This document shows positions 57,250-64,000 of a DNA stretch of 64,000 nucleotides, piece by piece. Source of the stretch: Candidatus Obscuribacterales bacterium (lineage in GTDB: Bacteria; Cyanobacteriota; Vampirovibrionia; Obscuribacterales; Obscuribacteraceae); contig JAXLXI010000003.1 of the NCBI GenBank assembly GCA_046328035.1, positions 73,547 through 137,546 on the forward strand. The letters are read 5' to 3'. Below the pieces are notes generated by a model, which saw only the letters and a list, made by a program, of their open reading frames with translations, was not told the DNA's origin and made no database searches. A program made the position numbers and the translations under genes. Each line of letters opens with the position of its first letter. The stretch's first letter is position 1.

Positions 57250-58398
57250 TTAAGGAGGACCACCGCCTGGAGGTGGACCTCCCGGCGGTCCGCCGCCCGG
57301 AAAACCGCCGCCCATCGGACCTCCGCCCATGGGACCTCCGCCCTGACCGCCGCCCATCGGACCTCCGCCCTGACCGCCGCCTTGCTGGCTGCCTCCGCCT
57401 GGCGCGAACATGTCGACATTTATAGTCTGCTGAACCAAAATCTGAAACTCGTGAAGGGTTTGAAACGCCTCCGGCTCCCGCCCCGTGGCGAAGGCAGCAT
57501 CAATAGTCTTCTTGATGTCCCGCAACTGAGCGCCGACTTTAGGATTTTTCAGCTGCACCGAACGAATCAGATTATCTGAATCTCGCTGAAATACCGCTTT
57601 CAGGTGCGCAGCTTCCGGAGGTACGTAGCCTGCCGCTGCAGATTTGACTTGTCCAGTTCCCGTAGACGCGGTTCCACCTGTTCCCCCGGCTCCAGAACCT
57701 TTGGCGACCAGGGTGCTCGCCTTGAGCCGTTTCCTCAAAATAGCTTCCTGGTCAGCGAGCTGCCCTTCCAAGATGCTGACCCGCTGGTCGATATCGGGAC
57801 TCTTCTGCTTTACCAGTGCTTCGATCTCGCTGAGCGCGTTCTCAAACGGGCGCACCCCGACTTGCTGGACGCGCAGCTTGTCGATTCTCTTGGAGATTTG
57901 AGTGCGGCGTTCCAGCTCCGGACCCGGTTCTAATGCTCTTTCCTGGCGGGCTGCCTCAAATTTGAGTTCAAGCGAGTCCACCAGGTCCTTACCTGAAAGC
58001 GCGCCCTTCTCATATTCAGTGATCTGAGTCTTGTCCACGGTCACAGAGCGGCTGTTCTTGCCGGTTTGCAGAAACACTACTTTTACATTGTTCACTTGAT
58101 CCGGCGAATCGGACACCAGCGCATGCGCTAGGAAGACAGCGTCAATCTTCAAATCGTTGTCGGTGGCAGCGGGACCTTCTTCGGCGACCACCGTGATGTT
58201 CGCTCCGTCCAATCCCGTCACTTCCACAGTGCGAGCTTTGGAGCCGACGTTAGGCTTTCTGATCACCAGCGTCAACTCTTGCACCGTCTTCGAGATCGCA
58301 GCGGCGACTTCTGTCTGAAGACCAATCAAAGCCGCCGTTATGCAAGCACAGGCGACCAGCAAACCCTTCAACAGGTGAGATTTGAAAATTCCTAGCAC
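57250..58398 (-). CDS. Secreted protein with a coiled-coil region and a Gly/Pro/Met-rich C-terminal repeat tail
   Basis: The start is tentatively the GTG at 58398, giving a signal peptide. The tail is GGGPMGGGQGGGPMGGG...GGPPGGPPPGGGPP. Confidence 0.5.
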   Translation of the reverse strand: MLGIFKSHLLKGLLVACACITAALIGLQTEVAAAISKTVQELTLVIRKPNVGSKARTVEVTGLDGANITVVAEEGPAATDNDLKIDAVFLAHALVSDSPDQVNNVKVVFLQTGKNSRSVTVDKTQITEYEKGALSGKDLVDSLELKFEAARQERALEPGPELERRTQISKRIDKLRVQQVGVRPFENALSEIEALVKQKSPDIDQRVSILEGQLADQEAILRKRLKASTLVAKGSGAGGTGGTASTGTGQVKSAAAGYVPPEAAHLKAVFQRDSDNLIRSVQLKNPKVGAQLRDIKKTIDAAFATGREPEAFQTLHEFQILVQQTINVDMFAPGGGSQQGGGQGGGPMGGGQGGGPMGGGPMGGGFPGGGPPGGPPPGGGPP

Positions 58399-58453
58399 GT
58401 CAAAAGCCCAAGTACTCTGGTTGTGTAATTCCAAGAATACCTTGGAACCAAAC

Positions 58454-59221
58454 TCATTTGGCGTCGTGAAAAATAACTCCGGCTGTATGGCGCAATCCGC
58501 CGCGCACACGGCTGACACCGTGGCGCATGTTGACGCGATAGCTGCCCCGAGTGCCGTTCACCGGGCGCTGGTGCACGGCAAAGATGACCGCGTCGCCCTG
58601 TTCGAGCGGCACCACCATCGGTCGAGATTGCATGCGCGGTCGCTGCTCGGTCAACACAAATTCGCCACCGGTGAATTCACACTCAGGCTGCGCCAGCAAA
58701 ATGGCCAGTTGCAACGGAAAAACATGCTCGCCGTAAAGATCTTGATGGAGGCAATTGAAATCATCTTTTTCGTACTGCAACAACAATGGCGTTGGTCGCT
58801 GCTGTCCAGCCTGGTGACAGCGTTCTATAAACTCTGCATGGGTCTCGGGAAAGCGCACCGGCGATTTCATTTCTTCCATCCAGCGATTGGCGATTGGCAC
58901 AAGATACGGATATGCCGCAGTTCGCAGACCTTCAATTATTTGCGGCAATGGATAGGCGAAGTATTTGTATTCACCACGTCCGTACCCGTGGCGCGCCATC
59001 ACAACCCGGCTGCGAAACAGATCGTCATTCGCATAGAGCCCGGACAACGCCCGGCATTCATCGATTTGCAAAAGCGTGCATGTCGTGGCAAAGCCGTCGG
59101 CATCGAGATTTTGATACATCTGCTGCCAGTTGATATTGGCTAGCCGTTGCGCGATTGATAATTGACCAGGTTTCGCCGTGGCACTCACTACGTTTTCTCC
59201 GTCACTGCTCGATAGGGTCAT
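58454..59221 (-). CDS. 2OG-Fe(II) oxygenase superfamily protein
   Basis: The HxD motif is LHQDLYGE. The distal His is MRHGVSRV. The start is the ATG at 59221. Confidence 0.6.
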   Translation of the reverse strand: MTLSSSDGENVVSATAKPGQLSIAQRLANINWQQMYQNLDADGFATTCTLLQIDECRALSGLYANDDLFRSRVVMARHGYGRGEYKYFAYPLPQIIEGLRTAAYPYLVPIANRWMEEMKSPVRFPETHAEFIERCHQAGQQRPTPLLLQYEKDDFNCLHQDLYGEHVFPLQLAILLAQPECEFTGGEFVLTEQRPRMQSRPMVVPLEQGDAVIFAVHQRPVNGTRGSYRVNMRHGVSRVRGGLRHTAGVIFHDAK

Positions 59222-59374
59222 TTTACTTCCCGGCACACTGGAAGAAACTCCGATTGTTGCGCTCAAATTCGGGTCTTCTTTATAGATTAAATCCTTCCGC
59301 CGAATTGAACTTTTTGCAGGTCTCAAACGTATAGAGTAGAAGGAACAATGCGATGCAACACGGGGGGCGACTAG

Positions 59375-59860
59375 ATGTTTGGATTTGGCGGCGGCGGCTG
59401 CGGCAAGCGGGGCGGTGGTGGACCGGGCGGCTTTGGCGGCGGTGGGTTTGGACCACCCCCGTTCGCCAGGATGATGCATCGATTTGGAGGACCCGGCGGT
59501 ATGCTGCGCGACCTCAACTTGAACGATGAACAACTGGAAAAAATAGCTGAATTAAAAATGTCAGGCATGTCCCAACACATGCAAATGAAACTATCCATGG
59601 GCGCCTTGATGAAGGATATGGTCAAGGAACTGAGTAAGGAACACCTCGACAAAGGAAAAATCAAAGAAATCGGCAAACAGATTCAAACATTGAAGGTGCA
59701 GGCAGGAGATGAGTTTCTCGAACGCGTCATTTCGTTCGCGGAGGTATTGTCTCCTGCGCAACGCAAAGCCATGCGAATGAAGGCAATCAAGCACTTCCTG
59801 GGTCTGGAAGGCGGCAGGCGCGGCGGTCCCGATGACAGGCACGAGCCGCCCGACGACTGA
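59375..59860 (+). CDS. Spy/CpxP-like periplasmic protein with a Gly-rich N-terminus
   Basis: The LTxxQ-like helical motifs are LNLNDEQLEKIAEL and LSPAQRKAMRMK. The N-terminus is GFGGGG-rich. Confidence 0.5.
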   Translation: MFGFGGGGCGKRGGGGPGGFGGGGFGPPPFARMMHRFGGPGGMLRDLNLNDEQLEKIAELKMSGMSQHMQMKLSMGALMKDMVKELSKEHLDKGKIKEIGKQIQTLKVQAGDEFLERVISFAEVLSPAQRKAMRMKAIKHFLGLEGGRRGGPDDRHEPPDD

Positions 59861-59931
59861 TTAGCCAGCCGCACTTCAATTGTCGTGGCGCACGGTGTAC
59901 GATCCTGAGTACTTATTGAGAAGACTCGTGC

Positions 59932-60822
59932 ATGGACGTATATCTGGTCGACGGAACTTATGAATTATTCCGGCACTTCTTTGCAGTGCCTGGTGCCACC
60001 AACGCCGCCGGCGAAGAAATTGGCGCCGTGCGCGGCGTGCTCACGTCCGTGCTGACGATGCTGGAGCAGGGTGCCACTCACATCGCAGTGGCGACGGATC
60101 ACGTCATCGAGTCGTTCCGCAACGACCTGTATCCCTACTATAAAACCGGTGCAGGCATTGAACATGAATTGATATCGCAATTCCCGATTCTGGAAGAAGC
60201 GCTGCAGGCTATGGGCGTTCTTGTCTGGCCGATGGTCGAATTCGAAGCTGACGATGCGCTGGCAGCGGCAGCCGCAAAAGCGGCTCTCAACAAGAACGTC
60301 GACCGGGTCGTGATTTGCACCCCCGACAAAGATCTCAGTCAGTGTGTCGTCGGCACACGTGTGGTGCAACTGGATAGACGGCGTGAGACCACCCGCGATG
60401 AAGCGGGGGTGATTGAGAAATTCGGAATCAAACCAGCATCGATACCCGACTATCTGGCATTGGTCGGTGATACCGCCGATGGTTTTCCGGGACTGCCGGG
60501 TTGGGGAGCCAAAGCGACGGCTGCTGTGCTCTCACACTACGAGCATCTGGAAAACATCCCGCAAGATGCCAAACAATGGCCCGCTTCGATTCGCGGTGCG
60601 GCTAAACTGGCGACTACACTGTTCAGTTCTTATGACGACGCGCTGCTGTTTCGTAGACTAGCTACTCTGCGCGTTGACGTACCGGTTTTCGAAGACATTG
60701 ACGAACTGCGGTGGAAAGGAACTCATTCTTCATTTGATGCAACCGCCACGAGGGTGAAGGTCAGCGACAACTTCCTGCGCAAGATCAAAAAGCTCCAGGT
60801 CGGCGATCCAATCAAGACTTGA
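59932..60822 (+). CDS. 5'-3' exonuclease (FEN / Pol I N-terminal-like)
   Basis: It has PIN-like and H3TH regions. The motifs DGTYELFR and IPDYLALVGDTADGFPG are present. Confidence 0.75.
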   Translation: MDVYLVDGTYELFRHFFAVPGATNAAGEEIGAVRGVLTSVLTMLEQGATHIAVATDHVIESFRNDLYPYYKTGAGIEHELISQFPILEEALQAMGVLVWPMVEFEADDALAAAAAKAALNKNVDRVVICTPDKDLSQCVVGTRVVQLDRRRETTRDEAGVIEKFGIKPASIPDYLALVGDTADGFPGLPGWGAKATAAVLSHYEHLENIPQDAKQWPASIRGAAKLATTLFSSYDDALLFRRLATLRVDVPVFEDIDELRWKGTHSSFDATATRVKVSDNFLRKIKKLQVGDPIKT

Positions 60823-60823
60823 G

Positions 60824-62887
60824 TTAATTCCCGCGCGCCGTCGCTGCACGCTTCAGCGCTTCCTGACGCGCAAAACCCATCGCGGCAACGCTTACTTTCT
60901 GATTGTCGGGCTTGTTCGCTTTCGCCCAGCATGCTTTCGCTTCGCCGGCTGCACGCTCACCTTCCGCGATCTGATCGCAATTAAACAGATTGACCGCCTG
61001 GTTGCCCAGCGATTCTGCAAGTTGTGCGTACCAGCCCTGAGTAAAATTGCTCATCGAGCGGGTGCGCGATAGTTTGACCGCCTCTGCGAAATATGGTCCG
61101 GCAGCCTGAGGACTGGCAGCCTTCTCAAGCACCCGCCCGTAGGTCTGATAGCCCTGGGTCAGTTCATCGTCCGACTTCAGATTGGCTTTCGTTGCGCCCT
61201 GAGCAATCTTCATGTATTCATCCATAATTTTCTTCGCGTCGGCAAAGCGATGTTGCGAAACCAACGAGTCTGCCCACAGCCTTCTCATTTCCAACTTGGG
61301 TCCGAACCATTTCGTCATCTGGTCCGCTACCTGCACGGCCTGACGCCAGGAATCATTGCTCTCTTCAAACTGTCCGCTGTTTCGGTAAGCCTCTCCAAGC
61401 CTTTTGTACGCACTAGCCAGATCTGTCTGCTGGCGTTCGTAAGGACCGACTGTTTTATAAGCCCGCTCGTAGGCCGCTAGACCTTTTTTGGCGTACACAA
61501 TCGCCTGTCCGTAGTTTTTTTTCTCTGCTTCGAAATCACTGCGCTCAGTCCAGTGCCAGCCTACTCCGGCAGTATCCGTATTTCTGAGAAGCTTCTCCGC
61601 TTCAGCGTAATACCTGTCACCCATCGCATTATCGCGACGTGTCCTGTAAGCGAGGGCTAGAAACATTTTGACTTCGAACTGGTGCTGCGGAGTAAGCTTC
61701 GAATTCCTCTCGACTTTGACCAGTTCATCGGCTCTCTGCAGACACCTGATCACCTGATCGTTATCACGCTGTACCTGAGCGCGCATGCCTTCCAAATAGC
61801 ATTCTTCGGCCGTAGAAGGCAGACTGGGCGTCACATGAGCCGTGGACTCTCCGGAGGACATCGCATCATTGGACATCATCATAGTAAAGGGCACACCCAA
61901 CACAATCGCCATCATCAGTACAACCATGCCAACAACGATCACCGCCCACTTGGACAGTCGTCGCATGCGTCCGTGATAGATTGCCCGTTCAACCGGCAAG
62001 TGCCCGCTGAGCATGGTGCGAAATTCGTGTATCGACTGCGGTCTGTCGTTGCGATTTTTCCTGAGTGCCGTAAAAATCGCTTGCTCGATATGTGGCGACA
62101 ACTTCACGTCAGGTCGCACCTGGCTGAAAGGTCGCGGCATGTCGTGCACCTGATGGTACATGATATCGAGGGCAGTCTCACCGGTGACCGCCGGCACACC
62201 TGTGAGCGTTTCGTACATGACGCAAGCCAGTGAATAAATGTCGCTGCGAAAATCAGCGCTGCGCCCGGCACACTGCTCCGGACTCATGTAGGCGGGGGTG
62301 CCAAAAAAGCTTGATGTTGCACGGCTTACATCCTGGGCACCACCGGCGGAGTCGATGAGCAGTTTGGAAATTCCAAAATCAACCACCTTCACGCGCATCT
62401 CGCCATCTTCTTCGCGAGTGATCATGAGATTGCTGGGCTTTATGTCGCGATGCACGATGCTGCGCGAATGAGCATGCTCGAGCGCGTCCATTACCTGCGC
62501 GAAGACATGCATGAATGTCCGTTCGTCGAAAGTTCCATCCTCCTGCACCACTTTCTGGATCGTGCGTCCTCCAATCAGATCGGCGACCAGATAGGGATAA
62601 CCATCGTCGGAGACTTGCAAGCGCAGGACTCGCAATATGTTTGGATGGTCGAGAGTCGAAATCAGTTGGGCTTCTCGCTTCAGCCGTTGCAGGGCAGCGC
62701 CGTCATCGACATGCGTGTGCATGACTTTAACCGCCACCGATTGATTGAGTGGCACATAAAGAGCTTTGTAAACAACGCTCATTCCGCCGCGGCCGAGCAC
62801 CGAGACAATCTCATAGCAGCCGGCGAACAAAGTTCCCACCAGCGCATCTTCTGGTCGTCCGTCGAGTCTGTCTTCGTCAACGCTCAC
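60824..62887 (-). CDS. Ser/Thr protein kinase with a TM segment and a C-terminal TPR region
   Basis: The glycine loop is GRGGMSVVYKA. HRDIKPSN and DFG are present. Confidence 0.85.
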   Translation of the reverse strand: MSVDEDRLDGRPEDALVGTLFAGCYEIVSVLGRGGMSVVYKALYVPLNQSVAVKVMHTHVDDGAALQRLKREAQLISTLDHPNILRVLRLQVSDDGYPYLVADLIGGRTIQKVVQEDGTFDERTFMHVFAQVMDALEHAHSRSIVHRDIKPSNLMITREEDGEMRVKVVDFGISKLLIDSAGGAQDVSRATSSFFGTPAYMSPEQCAGRSADFRSDIYSLACVMYETLTGVPAVTGETALDIMYHQVHDMPRPFSQVRPDVKLSPHIEQAIFTALRKNRNDRPQSIHEFRTMLSGHLPVERAIYHGRMRRLSKWAVIVVGMVVLMMAIVLGVPFTMMMSNDAMSSGESTAHVTPSLPSTAEECYLEGMRAQVQRDNDQVIRCLQRADELVKVERNSKLTPQHQFEVKMFLALAYRTRRDNAMGDRYYAEAEKLLRNTDTAGVGWHWTERSDFEAEKKNYGQAIVYAKKGLAAYERAYKTVGPYERQQTDLASAYKRLGEAYRNSGQFEESNDSWRQAVQVADQMTKWFGPKLEMRRLWADSLVSQHRFADAKKIMDEYMKIAQGATKANLKSDDELTQGYQTYGRVLEKAASPQAAGPYFAEAVKLSRTRSMSNFTQGWYAQLAESLGNQAVNLFNCDQIAEGERAAGEAKACWAKANKPDNQKVSVAAMGFARQEALKRAATARGN

Positions 62888-62930
62888 AGGCTAATCCGGC
62901 TCGGCTGATAATCTTATGCCCACTGGGACG

Positions 62931-64000
62931 CTACTTCGAAACGCCGGGAGGCGGCATCTCTACGGGGATACTTTGCGCAAAATGGAAGAAATTGTCCGGA
63001 TCGTATTTCTTCTTCACCGCCACCAGCCGAGTCAGGTTTGCTCCGTAGTAGGCATGCGCCCAGTCTTCGACTTCGCGGTCGCAATAACTCACATACGCAA
63101 ATCCTGATACGTGGGTTTGCATCGCTTTGCGGAAGCCGTTTACCCAGTGAATGCTGCGCTCGTCATCCGACCTATGGTTCCAGCTGACTTGATAGTGCAT
63201 GCAAAACATCGTGTCACCGCGATGGCAAAATGCGGTGGCGTCAGCCGGCACCCGATTTATAGCTCCGCCGTAGCCATCCAATTGCAGGCAACTGCTGCCG
63301 ATTGGACTTTGAGAGAGGAAGTTGACTATCGTCTCGATGGCAGACTTATCCAGTGGTTTGGCAACGTAGTCGGACGTGTTTTTGAAACGGGTGTGCGACT
63401 CAGGATGGATGTGCACCGTCTGCGGTGCAGGCGGCGGCACCGTCGGCGTTGCGGACTGCGTTGCGGACTCCGATGAGGGCTGCCTTGTGGGCAGCGTTGA
63501 CTGTGGTTCTGCTTTGATCGGCCGCTTGTTAGGCTGACGCTTAAAGCCGGAAAAGCGACGCGCGGCGTCTATAAAAGGCACCACTGAATAGGAAATGTGT
63601 GTCGGCTTGACCGCGGTGTAGAGCGGTCTCAATAGTTTCTCCGCCTCCGTCCGTCCTCCCACGAAAACTCCAATACAGGACAGGCTGTAAGCCATCTTCG
63701 AAGTAAGCGTGAGCACTGAAGTAATGCGATCGTCGGTGAAGGGCGCCCACTTCTGCCAGGCTTCGATCACGGCAGGCATTTCCTGCCAATCCCAGCTCAA
63801 CCTGAACACGGTGACATTGCCAATCGGTTGCAACCGAAACGTAAATTCGGTGACGATGCCGAAGTTTCCTCCACCACCGCCGCGGCACGCCCAAAATAAA
63901 TCTGAGTTTTTGCCGGCGTTCGCCTCTACTATGTTTCCTTTCGCATCGACCATGCGCAGCCCCGCCAGGTTGTCGCAGGTCAAGCCGAACCGCCGCGCCA
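62931..64000 (-). CDS. FAD-linked oxidase with a C-terminal BBE domain, 5'-partial (runs off the window)
   Basis: The berberine-bridge-like C-terminus is [37 protein letters not shown]. The ORF is open to the window end. Confidence 0.65.
   Translation of the reverse strand, partial: ARRFGLTCDNLAGLRMVDAKGNIVEANAGKNSDLFWACRGGGGGNFGIVTEFTFRLQPIGNVTVFRLSWDWQEMPAVIEAWQKWAPFTDDRITSVLTLTSKMAYSLSCIGVFVGGRTEAEKLLRPLYTAVKPTHISYSVVPFIDAARRFSGFKRQPNKRPIKAEPQSTLPTRQPSSESATQSATPTVPPPAPQTVHIHPESHTRFKNTSDYVAKPLDKSAIETIVNFLSQSPIGSSCLQLDGYGGAINRVPADATAFCHRGDTMFCMHYQVSWNHRSDDERSIHWVNGFRKAMQTHVSGFAYVSYCDREVEDWAHAYYGANLTRLVAVKKKYDPDNFFHFAQSIPVEMPPPGVSK

Noticed and set aside
1-64000. tRNA, rRNA, CRISPR, IS elements, integrases
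   Set aside because: I found no cloverleaf-like GC-rich approximately 75-nt segments with TTCGAAT-type T-loops, and no repeat-spacer arrays. I found no transposase or integrase motifs on either strand.

Overview
Dense bacterial chromosomal segment, coding on both strands, moderately high GC. I found no rRNA, tRNA, CRISPR arrays, transposases, integrases or obvious transcription factors. The content is strikingly protease-, TPR- and kinase-rich. It includes two tandem TPR-CHAT paralogs, two secreted C14 caspase-fold proteins, an EF-hand calpain, S41 and S1 peptidases, DUF885 and a PDZ protein, plus two Ser/Thr kinases. The stand-out locus is a 3.5 kb minus-strand operon at 6415-9930. It encodes a Sec-secreted, Lys-rich precursor-like peptide with one CTYPCGCHYG motif, then an unclassifiable 463-aa secreted protein. 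These are translationally coupled to a DUF692/UPF0276 TIM-barrel enzyme (the MNIO family, i.e. MbnB/BufB/HvfB-like) and a DUF2063-like partner. This looks like a RiPP-type Cys-modifying biosynthetic cassette whose precursor fits neither methanobactin nor bufferin signatures. It sits between the CHAT and caspase genes. Other coherent modules are listed below. One is a sulfur-oxidation supraoperon: a CstB-like persulfide dioxygenase-rhodanese fusion, a SorAB-like Mo sulfite dehydrogenase with its cytochrome c, and a triple-fused cbb3 oxidase CcoNOP. Another is a two-gene operon of an 833-aa coiled-coil protein plus an EF-hand calpain, preceded by iteron-like repeats. A third is a 2OG-Fe oxygenase flanked by two Gly/Pro-rich secreted proteins. 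There is also a small aldolase/cupin-isomerase/HAD/MFS sugar cluster. The remainder is housekeeping and hypothetical genes: Fpg/Nei, GH3 beta-glucosidase, SPFH, a methyltransferase, EamA and MFS transporters, an amine oxidase, a 5'-3' exonuclease and a BBE-type FAD oxidase.
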